A DNA stretch of 64,000 bases from an uncultured cyanobacterium (GCA_963703315.1 OY969811.1:832001-896000); one strand, 5' to 3'. Positions 38,364-48,855 are shown, numbered from the stretch's first letter. Numbers and translations: made by a program. The notes: generated from the sequence alone by a model not told the origin.

Positions 38364-39521
38364 TTAGCTTAAATCTAATGCAGTAATTTCTTTTAGTTGA
38401 TGACAAAAATTTGTCCATTCTTTTTCAAAAGAAACATAATTCTTGCAAAATGTCAAACAGTTTTGGGAATATAGGCTTCTATTATGTAATATCTTTTTTA
38501 CGGCACGGGGGATTTCTACTGGATGATTTACTAAAAATCCTAATTTCTCTTCTTCTATAAATTTCAAAGATGACAAATTAGACGCAATAACTGGTGAACC
38601 ATATACTAAACTTCGCATTAACTTACCTGAAGAAAATCCAATATATTCAATATTAGGACCACTATTGCGATAGAGAGCAAAATTTGCGGAACAGTAGGAA
38701 ACAAGGGAGTTTAGAGTGGTATCAGGCATTGGCTCTAAGCTCCATACGACTCTATTGGGAATATTTAAATGTGCAAGTTCTTGCCTATATTTCAATAACC
38801 CTTCAGTGGCTCGACTATGAATAATTAAGATAGTTTTTTCTTCCCAGTAAGGAACACTAGATAAAAGTTCAGGAATTTGCGCCCAATCAGCAACAGAACC
38901 AGCGTGTAAAAATGGAATATAACCTATAGGAATATTTAAGCGCTGATGCCAATTTATATCTTCTATAGGTATTTTAATTGGAATATTTGGCAAAGAGGCA
39001 TAAGGCTTAGAGCCAATATTCAATTCTAATGATAATGGTAAAAATCTTTTTTCATCAGGCACAACAATTATTGTTGCTTTTTCAACTACTTTAGCTTCTA
39101 TTTGTGACCAAGTTTTATTTCCCCAACAACTTGGAAATTCATCATTGTAATAAATGAAAGGACAGTGACTCTGCTTAGCTATAATAGCTGCTATATAAGC
39201 TCCTATTTGCCCTAGTCCAAATACACATGAATAGTTTCTATATATCTGAAATTGAAAATAGAATAAGGAAGATTGTATTTTCGCTTTATTAAGTATTTTA
39301 TTAATTACAGAAGAATTATTAGTCTGCTTATAGTATTTTATTTTTATGTTTTTGGGTAATATTTGACTGTAATTTTTATTTGGATTTTCCCACAAAAACA
39401 AATCGACTTCCCAACCCGCATTAGCTAAAGCAATAACAGAATTTAATGCAAAAGGCATAGTTTCAATCCTTGCTGAGTTGCTTGAATGAGGATAATGAAT
39501 AAATGCAACTTTTTTTGACAT
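38364..39521 (-). CDS. Putative glycosyltransferase (GT-B fold)
   Basis: SSGKLMRSLVYGSPVIAS-type motif; polysaccharide-cluster context; AT-rich. Confidence 0.65.
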   Translation of the reverse strand: MSKKVAFIHYPHSSNSARIETMPFALNSVIALANAGWEVDLFLWENPNKNYSQILPKNIKIKYYKQTNNSSVINKILNKAKIQSSLFYFQFQIYRNYSCVFGLGQIGAYIAAIIAKQSHCPFIYYNDEFPSCWGNKTWSQIEAKVVEKATIIVVPDEKRFLPLSLELNIGSKPYASLPNIPIKIPIEDINWHQRLNIPIGYIPFLHAGSVADWAQIPELLSSVPYWEEKTILIIHSRATEGLLKYRQELAHLNIPNRVVWSLEPMPDTTLNSLVSYCSANFALYRNSGPNIEYIGFSSGKLMRSLVYGSPVIASNLSSLKFIEEEKLGFLVNHPVEIPRAVKKILHNRSLYSQNCLTFCKNYVSFEKEWTNFCHQLKEITALDLS

Positions 39522-39527
39522 ATAGAA

Positions 39528-40295
39528 TCACCCCGTAGCAATAAAGTAAACACCCCAAGTATTAAAACCAGTAGTTTTACTTGTTAACCATTCGCCTCGT
39601 TCGATTAAACTTAATTTAACTTGATTTAAGTAAAAATTTAATTCGGGTTGAAAAAGATAGCGCATTGTGTGAGTTTCTCTAAGTTCATCAACAGTACCAC
39701 TATCATTATCCTTAATAAAAATTTGATAATTCACATCTACACAATTTTTATTTGGGTAAATAACTGGTTCTGCAATACGAGTTATCTGAATTAGTTCATT
39801 TTCAAGACGTTTAACTCTAACTGCTGGTGGATCAGTTAATACGGCAGGACCATACCATACATCAAAAACAAAAATACCACCTTCCTTGAGATGGTCTTTA
39901 GCTGTAGCAAAGGCAGCTAATAAATCTTCATTAGTGGTTTGATAGCTAATTACATGAAATAGAGATATCACAACATCAAACTTTTGATTTAGTCTAACTT
40001 GACGAATATCACCATGAGTAAAAGTTAATTTTGAAGCTAACGATTGAGGTGATTGAGTGATGCGTTGATTAGCAATTTGTAACATTTCATAGCTAACATC
40101 TACGCCATGCACAACATAGCCTTCTTGTACTAATAGTGATGCATGATTACCAGTACCACAGCCAAGTTCCAAAATATTTTGACTTTCTGGTGCATGGGAT
40201 TGAATAAGATTATGAATAAACTTGGCTTCTCCAACATAATCTTTATCACGGTAGAGTAGGTCATAGTAACGAGCATAATTACCAAAAACACTCAT
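39528..40295 (-). CDS. Class I SAM-dependent methyltransferase
   Basis: YYDLLYRDKDY, ILELGCGTG. Confidence 0.9.
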   Translation of the reverse strand: MSVFGNYARYYDLLYRDKDYVGEAKFIHNLIQSHAPESQNILELGCGTGNHASLLVQEGYVVHGVDVSYEMLQIANQRITQSPQSLASKLTFTHGDIRQVRLNQKFDVVISLFHVISYQTTNEDLLAAFATAKDHLKEGGIFVFDVWYGPAVLTDPPAVRVKRLENELIQITRIAEPVIYPNKNCVDVNYQIFIKDNDSGTVDELRETHTMRYLFQPELNFYLNQVKLSLIERGEWLTSKTTGFNTWGVYFIATG

Positions 40296-41407
40296 CGTAA
40301 AACCTCCCGCAAAGTACTAGCAACCTGACCTATTTGTGCTTCTGTTAATGCTAATCCACTAGGAACATAAAAACCACGACGGGCTAACTTTTCAGCAACA
40401 GGACAAGATGTTTCTTCAAATAGTCCCATTTTCTGAAATACAGGTTGTTCATGCATACACCAAAAGAATGGACGAGTTCCAACTTTATGATCAGCTAGCT
40501 TTTTCATTGCTGTTTCTGCATCAAAGGGAACTTCATCTTTTAAAACGATGCCATATACCCAGTAAATATTATCCGCATAGTCAGTTTTAGCTAATGGTAG
40601 TTGAATAATTGGGATATCTGCTAATAACTTAGTATAAATTTCCCCCATCTGACGTTTTTGTTGTACAAATTCATCTAAACGCTCTAATTGGGCTACTCCC
40701 AGAGCAGCTTGGAGGTTGCTCATCCGCATATTCCACCCTAACTCCTCATGGACAAAGCGCTTGTGAGGCTGAAAGCAAAGATTGCGTAGAGATTGACAAC
40801 GTTCGGCTAGTTTTGGATCGTTGGTGACGATCATGCCACCTTCACCAGTGGTGATATGTTTATTGGGGTAAAAGCTAAAGGTGCTGACATCGCCAAAACT
40901 ACCACAGGGACGACCTTTATAGGTTTGACCATGCATTTCGGCTGCGTCTTCAATGATCAATAACCCATATTTATCGGCAAGCTCAAGGATTGGGTCAACA
41001 TCTACGGGCAAGCCGTAGATATGGACGATCATGATTGCTTTGGTACGTGGGGTAATTTTTGACTCAATTTGGCTAACATCGATGTTCCAAGTGACAGGAT
41101 CGGCCTCGATGACAACTGGTACTGCACCAGCACGGACGATCGCTGCCGCACAAGAGATAATCGTGAATGTTGGTAAGATGACTTCATCGCCTTTAGTGAT
41201 ACCTAAAGCCGCGATCGCTGCATCCAGCGCGACTGAGCCATTACTAACAGCAATACCATATCGGCGATCGCATTTAGCCGCCATCATTTGTTCAAACTGT
41301 TTGACAAAGTTGCCTTCTGAGGAGATCCAACCTGTATCAATACATTGATTTAAGTATTTTTTTTCATTGCCATCTAGTAATGGTTCGTTAACAGGTATAA
41401 ATTCCAT
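40292..41407 (-). CDS. DegT/DnrJ/EryC1/StrS aminotransferase (perosamine synthase-like)
   Basis: TGWISS, IEDAAE, FSFYPNKHITTGEGG. Confidence 0.92.
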   Translation of the reverse strand: MEFIPVNEPLLDGNEKKYLNQCIDTGWISSEGNFVKQFEQMMAAKCDRRYGIAVSNGSVALDAAIAALGITKGDEVILPTFTIISCAAAIVRAGAVPVVIEADPVTWNIDVSQIESKITPRTKAIMIVHIYGLPVDVDPILELADKYGLLIIEDAAEMHGQTYKGRPCGSFGDVSTFSFYPNKHITTGEGGMIVTNDPKLAERCQSLRNLCFQPHKRFVHEELGWNMRMSNLQAALGVAQLERLDEFVQQKRQMGEIYTKLLADIPIIQLPLAKTDYADNIYWVYGIVLKDEVPFDAETAMKKLADHKVGTRPFFWCMHEQPVFQKMGLFEETSCPVAEKLARRGFYVPSGLALTEAQIGQVASTLREVLR

Positions 41408-41416
41408 TTACCATTC

Positions 41417-41731
41417 CTAAGCAATAGCTGGTTCTAAATAATGGGACAAGTTAGCCAAAACATCCAAATACCACCACCATTGCTTTGATGAAATATGATG
41501 TTGTTGACGATAATCAGCTAGGTTGATAAAGCGAGAAACTTCCTGATAAATCACTGTTGCATTAGCAATTAGCTTTTTATCAGCTTCCGATAAAATCTTC
41601 TGCTCTACAAGATTAATCTCCGATTCTACAATAGCAATTTTATCTCGAATCATTAATAGTTCGATTTGTTCAGCCCCACTGATATCTGGACAATCTAAAC
41701 TAAGATTATAAATTTCTAGAAGTCTATTCAT
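41417..41731 (-). CDS. Hypothetical protein, partner of the upstream ORF
   Basis: 104 aa, ATGA-coupled to 41728-42114, C-terminal WWWYLD motif. Confidence 0.65.
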   Translation of the reverse strand: MNRLLEIYNLSLDCPDISGAEQIELLMIRDKIAIVESEINLVEQKILSEADKKLIANATVIYQEVSRFINLADYRQQHHISSKQWWWYLDVLANLSHYLEPAIA

Positions 41732-42114
41732 TTTAATAAATTCTCTAGGATTCCAAGATAAGTAAAAGCTGAATTGCTTAAATAAGTATCGGGGTTTTCA
41801 GGGGGAAAGGCTGTTTCTAAGATCCCGTCTATGCCAAGCATGACCAACCATAATTTATCGTCTATTGTGGATGTGAGGGTTGGATAAATTAAAGGCTGAT
41901 AACAATAGATATAGACATTTGCATGAGTATTGGTGAGAACCCGATGAATAACTTCTTCGTATGTTTCTATCGTAGCATTTTCGGGAAGATGTCCTAAGCT
42001 AATCCGTTTGCGTAAATGTGGGTATGCTTTACCTAATTTCCAAGTGACTTGCTTTTGAGCCTGAAGAATAGCATTGATTACTATGTCTAGGTCAAAAAAT
42101 TTTACATCTTCCAT
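41728..42114 (-). CDS. Hypothetical protein, possible RNase-type toxin
   Basis: HLRKR..GH, WLVMLG.DGILETAFPP; resemblance only. Confidence 0.6.
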   Translation of the reverse strand: MEDVKFFDLDIVINAILQAQKQVTWKLGKAYPHLRKRISLGHLPENATIETYEEVIHRVLTNTHANVYIYCYQPLIYPTLTSTIDDKLWLVMLGIDGILETAFPPENPDTYLSNSAFTYLGILENLLK

Positions 42115-42169
42115 ACTTTAGAAGCGATCGCCACCACCTATATCAGATTGATTAATATATAATATTTTT

Positions 42170-42273
42170 ATGAAATCCGTCTAGCAAACCAAGATCCTCT
42201 AGGCTTCACTGGGTAAGTCGTACATGGTTGGTAAACTTTCGCGAGGCGATCGCGGTGGAAAAGTTTGATACAT
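42170..42273 (-). pseudogene. 5' remnant of a Uma2-family gene
   Basis: Minus strand translates MYQTFPPRSPRESLPTMYDLPSE, then a frameshifted LEDLGLLDGFH, like the cyanobacterial Uma2 N-terminus LPTMYDLPSEDPEEPGLPDEFH; GAGG upstream. Confidence 0.75.
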
Positions 42274-42335
42274 ATTGTTAACCTCAATCATGATCCTGTT
42301 TTTTAATTTAGTATTGCTTTGGGACAAAAAAGCGA

Positions 42336-42767
42336 TCAGAGTTTGATCTTTACTTCACTTGATGATATGCCTACAAATCTAGTTTTATCTTGTTCACCAA
42401 CATAAGGACCTTGTTTGACTTCGATCATTTCAATTTCTTCTAATACTTCAAAGCCATGTCCGCCAGTAACTAGCAAAATCACATCACCTGATTCAAGGAT
42501 ACGGCTCTCTAGATATTGTTGGCGATCGTCATAAAAATCAACTCGTAATTTACCTTTTTTGATAAATAACACTTCTTGGGTATAAGTTACCTCTCTGAGA
42601 ACAGGGTTATGCACATGAGGTTCGATGATTTTGCCTGTGGGGTGATGCATATAGGCAAGTTGTTGAGACAATTCATTTGGTGTGAAAAAATGTATGCCTT
42701 GCTTATTGAATTTATCTGAAACGATTACTGCTAGTAATTGTCCTTCATGAGTAATATTTTCAATCAT
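42336..42767 (-). CDS. Cupin-fold protein of polysaccharide clusters
   Basis: PHVH..TQEVL, GDVILL..GGHGF, EVKQGPY. Confidence 0.8.
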   Translation of the reverse strand: MIENITHEGQLLAVIVSDKFNKQGIHFFTPNELSQQLAYMHHPTGKIIEPHVHNPVLREVTYTQEVLFIKKGKLRVDFYDDRQQYLESRILESGDVILLVTGGHGFEVLEEIEMIEVKQGPYVGEQDKTRFVGISSSEVKIKL

Positions 42768-42768
42768 T

Positions 42769-43677
42769 TTAAACCTCCTGCCAATCTAGATGTTTGACTT
42801 GTTCCCATCGAAGCCTTTGAGCTAGTTTGGTGTATGGATTATCATGGCAAGATTCGATAGATACTTCAGGAAAGTAATTTTGTCCAACATCATTTCTCAT
42901 GAAGAAACAATTAAATCCATAGCGGTGAGAGCCAATGAGACGATATCCTTTGGTTTGACATAGTTTAACAGTCGCCAATAAAGAAGCACTTCGATAGTCT
43001 TGTTGGTCAACTGGTTGATTTAGGTAGTAAAAATTAGGATCATATTTAGCTGTAATGGATAAATGGGAAGGAATTGCATTATGAGTTTCAAAAACACATA
43101 CTCTAGGTTGAATACATTCAATAGCTTTCCATACCCAATAGTCCATACCATCAATATCTAAGCTGAGTAAGTCAACTTCACCAATAGCTCCAGAATCTGT
43201 TAACACTTGATTAACATTTTCGGCTGTAAACCAAGCCTTCTTAAATGTAGGCGGCATTAAAAAAGTTTGTTTATGCTTAGCAAAAAAGTTTTGCCCAGAT
43301 TTTACGTTGTCTTCTGACCCGTCAAAGAGATAACCTTGCCAACCATGATTAATAATCAGGTTGGCTGCCATGCATTCTTGACCATCACCCGCACAAATTT
43401 CAACTACTTTTCTGTGAGTAGAACCAATCAAAGAGAAGATATAAAGTAAAATACCATCTTCTTCAAATTGAGAATAAGCTTTAAAGCCTACTTCATCAAA
43501 TTTTGGTAGTTGTTTAGGACTGTCTTTAAGATATTCCTTATATTTAAGTTTCAATAATGTCTGAATTTCTTGAGATGAAGATTTACTTTCTAGTTCATGA
43601 ATTTTACTTTCTATAAACCCAATCTTAGAAGGTAATTTCATAACTGTCTTGATTTTTTGTTTGATCTTGTTCAACAT
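42769..43677 (-). CDS. Putative methyltransferase-like (FkbM-related) protein
   Basis: YSQFEEDG, VEICAGDG, LLSLDIDGMDYWVW. Confidence 0.7.
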   Translation of the reverse strand: MLNKIKQKIKTVMKLPSKIGFIESKIHELESKSSSQEIQTLLKLKYKEYLKDSPKQLPKFDEVGFKAYSQFEEDGILLYIFSLIGSTHRKVVEICAGDGQECMAANLIINHGWQGYLFDGSEDNVKSGQNFFAKHKQTFLMPPTFKKAWFTAENVNQVLTDSGAIGEVDLLSLDIDGMDYWVWKAIECIQPRVCVFETHNAIPSHLSITAKYDPNFYYLNQPVDQQDYRSASLLATVKLCQTKGYRLIGSHRYGFNCFFMRNDVGQNYFPEVSIESCHDNPYTKLAQRLRWEQVKHLDWQEV

Positions 43678-43679
43678 AA

Positions 43680-44714
43680 CTAGTTTAAATTATTAAAATA
43701 AATATTTGGTAATTTATAATCCCAGTAATCTGCTTTGAGAATCCAATTTAGAAGTAGAGGATTTTCATGAATAGCATTTTGATGAAATTGAGATCCAGCA
43801 TTCATTGATTTGAGGAGATGAGATTTGAGAAATAGTTCTTCGGACTTTAAGATAGGGTTATTGAATATTTGTTCTTTTGATTTTTTTAATAGAGACTTTA
43901 TTTGAGTTTTAATTTCGTTAAATATATTTACTTTAGGTAAATGTCCTAACTCCCTAATTTTAGTATAGGAATTGCAAACACCCTGATAAAAGTATCGTTG
44001 TTCAAAATATTCATGGGTCATCCTACTTTTAGGGACTTGATGCATCACTAACGCTTTGGGTTGGTAAATTGCTTTATAACCTAGCTGATTAGCTTTTATG
44101 GTCAAGCCTGTTTCCCCGTTACCTTGAAAATGTTGTAAATGTTTGGGAATACAATCAGGGTGAAAGCCACCTAAGTCAAATAGTGCTTGTCGGCGAATAG
44201 AAAAATTTAAACCCCAAACATAGTTAGCATCTATTTCTCGAACTTGCTCACCAAAGTCAAGAAGACTAAGTTCTCCTAGCCATTTGCCAAATGGATGGTC
44301 AACCCAAAACCAATTTAACCATTCAGGAGGTTCAGTTTCATATTTAGGTAAGTTTCGACCTCCTACTAACTGAACTGATGGATCTTGAAAAGATTCATAG
44401 ATTGCTGATAGCCAATTTAGATCTGCTTCAATGTCATCATCAACAAAAATTAAAATATCACTTTTTGCTTCTAATACTCCACGATGACGACCTGAAAGCA
44501 ATCCTGGTTCTGGTTCATAGATATAGCGAATGTGATGATTATTAAATAATGAGCTAATTGTTTGAGTACTTACTTTAGTATTATCAACTGAACCATTGTC
44601 AATCACTAAAATCTCATATTGATCAATATTAAAGTATTGACGAACTAATGAAATAAGACATTCTCTTAAATATTTATCACGATTAAGAGTAGGAATAATT
44701 ATTGATATCAGCAT
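43680..44714 (-). CDS. Glycosyltransferase family 2
   Basis: SIIIPTLNR, IDNGS.D, FVDDD. Confidence 0.9.
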   Translation of the reverse strand: MLISIIIPTLNRDKYLRECLISLVRQYFNIDQYEILVIDNGSVDNTKVSTQTISSLFNNHHIRYIYEPEPGLLSGRHRGVLEAKSDILIFVDDDIEADLNWLSAIYESFQDPSVQLVGGRNLPKYETEPPEWLNWFWVDHPFGKWLGELSLLDFGEQVREIDANYVWGLNFSIRRQALFDLGGFHPDCIPKHLQHFQGNGETGLTIKANQLGYKAIYQPKALVMHQVPKSRMTHEYFEQRYFYQGVCNSYTKIRELGHLPKVNIFNEIKTQIKSLLKKSKEQIFNNPILKSEELFLKSHLLKSMNAGSQFHQNAIHENPLLLNWILKADYWDYKLPNIYFNNLN

Positions 44715-44735
44715 ATATTTTTAGATATTTTTAAT

Positions 44736-45926
44736 CTACTTTACAAATGCAAATAGCATTCTGTTGAAGTTTCCTGTGAATACACCTTGAGAATCACTGT
44801 CTCTTCCTAGTTTATAGGATTTCTTAAAACTTGTATTTGAGATTATCCATTCTTCAATAGTATCAACATTCCATCCTTTTAAAGAGTTTGAAAACCATTT
44901 TTCATCCTCTTCACCCATTTCAAAAAAAAGAACTTTACCAGTATATTTATCTAAAAATCTTAATAATTCTTGAGAGTTTCTTTTTTCCCTTTGACTTATG
45001 AAATGATGCATTATACTTAAACAGCTAACTACATCATATTCCTTATTAGATGATTTAAAAAATCTAATAATTTCATTTTTGAATATCTTGTTTTTAGTGT
45101 TAGTAAAAACAATCTCTCCTATTTGGATAGGTATATTGTCTTTTTCTACTCCGTATGCTTCAAAACCAATACTTAGAAACCTACTTACAAACCATCCATA
45201 GTAGCAACCTAAATCTAAGTAGGTAGTGTAACGTGGCTCTATTCCAATCGTATCTAAAAGGAAAGATTTCATCCTAGAAAATCTATCTTCACAATTTCGA
45301 GCTAATACCCATTGTGATTCTAATTCAGGACATGGCAAAGGTTGATATAATATTTTTTCTCCCTGCTCCCACTGAAGATTTTCAAGAAGAAATTGAATGG
45401 GAGTAGTCTCTTTCTTCCTGATATTAACTTTGGCTTTAATATGAGAAATATTATTTGCTATAGCAAAAGCAACACGATGATTCCCCTGTATAAGCTGGAA
45501 GCAGTCAGAATCCTTAATAGGGATAACTTCAATTAATTCTCCATCTTTTGAATGTCCTTCTGAAGGTAAATGAGAAATATCTTCTTTATTAAAAAGTTTG
45601 ATAAAGCGCTCTGCCGCTAAATATATTGTTTCATCTGTATCTATTTGAGGGAAATATCCACCAAATAAGTCTATGCAAGTTTGAGCATTTTTAAAATAAG
45701 CTGTTTTTTCAAAAAAATCTTTGTCTAACACCTTATCTTTATACTTAATATAGTCAAGGAGTAGTTGTGAATGCGGGCTAGTTTCTGCTCTGGTTGAAGG
45801 ACGTAAGTAGTCGCCCGTCATCAAAGCATATTTATAACCTGATAAATCATTCTCTCCTCCTAACAGGATTTTAGAAAGTGGTATCGATTGAATTTTAAAT
45901 TTCGTGATTTCAAATAATGATCTCAT
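44736..45926 (-). CDS. SAM-dependent methyltransferase with ParB/Srx-like N-terminal domain
   Basis: FQLIQGNHRVA motif near residue 150; YLDLGCYYGWF and YDVVSCLSIMHH in the C-half. Confidence 0.6.
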   Translation of the reverse strand: MRSLFEITKFKIQSIPLSKILLGGENDLSGYKYALMTGDYLRPSTRAETSPHSQLLLDYIKYKDKVLDKDFFEKTAYFKNAQTCIDLFGGYFPQIDTDETIYLAAERFIKLFNKEDISHLPSEGHSKDGELIEVIPIKDSDCFQLIQGNHRVAFAIANNISHIKAKVNIRKKETTPIQFLLENLQWEQGEKILYQPLPCPELESQWVLARNCEDRFSRMKSFLLDTIGIEPRYTTYLDLGCYYGWFVSRFLSIGFEAYGVEKDNIPIQIGEIVFTNTKNKIFKNEIIRFFKSSNKEYDVVSCLSIMHHFISQREKRNSQELLRFLDKYTGKVLFFEMGEEDEKWFSNSLKGWNVDTIEEWIISNTSFKKSYKLGRDSDSQGVFTGNFNRMLFAFVK

Positions 45927-45929
45927 AGT

Positions 45930-46904
45930 CTAACCAATATTTTGATTTAGTAGAAATTCATAAACAGTGTTTTTCTTTTGAGGAGAAAAATTATTTCCAT
46001 AGAAAGTTAATTTGTGTATTGTACTCATCTGTTTTATTTGTTCAAATCGATCAGAGTTAAAAGTATTGAAAAGTTCTAATTGAAGAATATGGGGTGGAAT
46101 ATTACTGACGAAAGGAGTTTGATGCCATTCAGAAGCTGCTAGTTTATTTCTTTCAATTACCAGCCTAAGCAGAAGATGAAAATAATAGTGGTGATAGCAG
46201 GTTTCATTATATCTCCAAAATTCTGCCATGATATCTCGTAATGCTTTCATTAAAAAGCTGTTTTTATGACTATATAAAAACCAACTGGAGCATAAAAGAG
46301 TTCCTCGTCCACACAATTCAAGTGGAGTAACTGAGAAAGCAAAAAATGGACTTTGATAAATAAAGTCTGGAATAGCATCACTTAAATAAATAGTTGCATC
46401 AACCCATATACCTCCATATTCTGCTAATAGAAAACAACGTAGTATATCTGAGAAATTGACATTTGATATTTTTCCATTTTTCTTTTTATCATATATATAG
46501 TTTGGTATTTCAACATAGTCTTCTATATTATTCTTGTCTAAAAAAATCGTTTTTTTAGCATAGCCATTTACTTCAAAAGATTTTGCACAGGCTTTAACTA
46601 TACTAGGTTGATCGAATTTTCCTTGATACCAAAATCTCCATATCGTATGTGAAAGTTGATTTTCAATATTTACATTATCACTATAGTTATTGTAAGTTAT
46701 GTTCAAATTTAAATGACTTAACGATGCAAAGTTTTGATAGGAAATTTTTTCCAAAATAATATCAGAAACAATTTCTTGATCTTCACAAGATAAAGAGAAG
46801 AAAAGCTTTATTTGATTGAATATAAATTTTATTCTTGTATATTGGCTAACATATTTATTTGCTTTTTTTTTAATCAACTTAGATATACGAGTAAGATTAA
46901 ACAT
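45930..46904 (-). CDS. Capsular polysaccharide synthesis protein (DXD glycosyltransferase)
   Basis: IW.FWYQG, FSDILR..LL..YGGIWVDAT, IHKLT. Confidence 0.85.
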   Translation of the reverse strand: MFNLTRISKLIKKKANKYVSQYTRIKFIFNQIKLFFSLSCEDQEIVSDIILEKISYQNFASLSHLNLNITYNNYSDNVNIENQLSHTIWRFWYQGKFDQPSIVKACAKSFEVNGYAKKTIFLDKNNIEDYVEIPNYIYDKKKNGKISNVNFSDILRCFLLAEYGGIWVDATIYLSDAIPDFIYQSPFFAFSVTPLELCGRGTLLCSSWFLYSHKNSFLMKALRDIMAEFWRYNETCYHHYYFHLLLRLVIERNKLAASEWHQTPFVSNIPPHILQLELFNTFNSDRFEQIKQMSTIHKLTFYGNNFSPQKKNTVYEFLLNQNIG

Positions 46905-46920
46905 TTGTATATTTTCCTAA

Positions 46921-48180
46921 TCAAACTAATGTTAGAGGCAAGCTTAACCAACTACAGTCACTTAATATACTTCCCATTCCTGAATCTGGTAGTCTTCCAG
47001 TTTTATAGTAATCAAACGGATATACTTCAATACTAAATACTGATTCCCAATACTCTAAAAATAAATTGTTCTCGTAAATACTGAATGATATATCATAAAT
47101 TCCAACAGATAATGGAAGCTTTTCTACAGTTGCATATATTTGAGAAGGTTTATCAATCTTAAAGCTAGATTGGGACTGAAAACGACTACTAATAGTCATT
47201 ATTCTATTGCCAGATGTACTAAATATAGCTATTTGAAAATCAATATTTGGTATGTTTACACTTTGGTGAAATTCAAAGCAAAATTTTATCCCTGAACCAC
47301 ATGGGAAAGAGTTAGTTTTCTCATTACTTATATTCATGCAATAAAAATCAAAATTAGAATTTCTAAATACATATTTATCAACACAATGAGTTTTTTTGTT
47401 TGAGTTCCAGTACTGATTTATACAATCATTAGTAGGTGAATTTCCCACTAAACTACCTTTTTCAATTAGAAAAGATAAAGGACATAATTTTTCTATCGCT
47501 GCCATGTTATGACTTACAAATAAAACTGTTCTTCCCTCCTTTTCTGCGACATCTTCCATCTTGCCTAAACATTTTTTCTGAAAAGCGGCATCCCCTACTG
47601 CTAAGACTTCATCGACGATCAAAATTTCTGGTTCTAGGTGTGCGGCTACGGCAAAGGCTAGACGGACATACATCCCTGAAGAATAACGCTTAACTGGGGT
47701 GTCTAAAAACTTTTCAACTTCGGCGAAAGCGACAATCTCATCGAATTTTTTTTTGATTTCAGAACGATCCATTCCTAAAATTGCACCATTGAGATAAATA
47801 TTTTCTCTACCAGTTAATTCTGGATGGAAGCCTGTGCCAACTTCTAAGAGACTTGCCACTCTGCCCTTGATCGAGATTTTGCCTGAAGTTGGCTCCGTAA
47901 TGCGGCTCAGGATTTTTAATAATGTGGATTTGCCTGCACCGTTGCGTCCGATGATGCCAACCCGATCGCCTTGTTTAATTTCAAAATTTACATCCTTGAG
48001 CGCCCAAAATTCTTCACTGACATCATCTAGAGATGGCTGGCGATCGCCTGTTAAGTTTTGCCAAAAATTCTTTGCCCCGTTAGAAATCACATCACGCAAA
48101 GCCGTATAACGTTCTTGCTTTTGATGACCAATAATATATTTCTTACTTAAATTTTCGACTTTAATTACAACATCAGACAT
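46921..48180 (-). CDS. wzt: Polysaccharide ABC exporter ATPase with C-terminal carbohydrate-binding domain
   Basis: GRNGAGKST, GFHPELTGRENI, YSSGMYVRLAF, DEVLAVGD. Confidence 0.92.
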   Translation of the reverse strand: MSDVVIKVENLSKKYIIGHQKQERYTALRDVISNGAKNFWQNLTGDRQPSLDDVSEEFWALKDVNFEIKQGDRVGIIGRNGAGKSTLLKILSRITEPTSGKISIKGRVASLLEVGTGFHPELTGRENIYLNGAILGMDRSEIKKKFDEIVAFAEVEKFLDTPVKRYSSGMYVRLAFAVAAHLEPEILIVDEVLAVGDAAFQKKCLGKMEDVAEKEGRTVLFVSHNMAAIEKLCPLSFLIEKGSLVGNSPTNDCINQYWNSNKKTHCVDKYVFRNSNFDFYCMNISNEKTNSFPCGSGIKFCFEFHQSVNIPNIDFQIAIFSTSGNRIMTISSRFQSQSSFKIDKPSQIYATVEKLPLSVGIYDISFSIYENNLFLEYWESVFSIEVYPFDYYKTGRLPDSGMGSILSDCSWLSLPLTLV

Positions 48181-48303
48181 TTTTTGGCACGTTTCCAGTC
48201 CTTAGGTTATTTGGCAAAGAATAGTCGTTCACAATATTTCAGAAGAATTTTGTTCACTTGTTCTAGAAATAGTAACAGCACAAAGCGCCGTTACTAGATT
48301 CTC

Positions 48304-48765
48304 CTAAAACTGCTGTTGCAAAAGCGTTGGTGCAACTACACGAAAAGGCTCTGCACCTAGAGATTTAGGGTCAATCCGCCAACGATCTTCTTGTGTGCTG
48401 TACTCGGCAATTTTTTGATCGCGACGATTGTGAAGTACCAGATCAAAATTTTGCTTTTGAGCTTCAGTACCGAGTTTAAATAGAAAACTAAAGCGTTGCA
48501 GATAGTCCGATGCTGTCCATCTCGTTGTATTGATGGTAACGATCGCTTTTTTTAAAGAAGGATCAATGGCAATATTTTCGACCCAGCCTTCTTGTAAGCG
48601 CTGCGATTTCCACCACAGGCTTGGTTCGACAGGAGTTTGAGGTATGGTGACTTTTTCCTCAGCGATCGCCGCGTGATTAGCGATAGTTATCGGGGCGATC
48701 GCCGCAATACCTATTGCTAGTAACACATGATTAACAACTTTCTTGTTAGTCATCTTCAACCTCAT
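48304..48765 (-). CDS. Secreted hypothetical protein
   Basis: Signal peptide (AIA-EE); PSLWW and W...DYLQRFSF motifs. Confidence 0.7.
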   Translation of the reverse strand: MRLKMTNKKVVNHVLLAIGIAAIAPITIANHAAIAEEKVTIPQTPVEPSLWWKSQRLQEGWVENIAIDPSLKKAIVTINTTRWTASDYLQRFSFLFKLGTEAQKQNFDLVLHNRRDQKIAEYSTQEDRWRIDPKSLGAEPFRVVAPTLLQQQF

Positions 48766-48855
48766 AGTATATTTTCAGGGCTTAAAAAACATTATAATCG
48801 CTTAAGAAAGCACAAGCGGACACAAAGTTCCCCTATTCAATCAGGAGTAATACTC

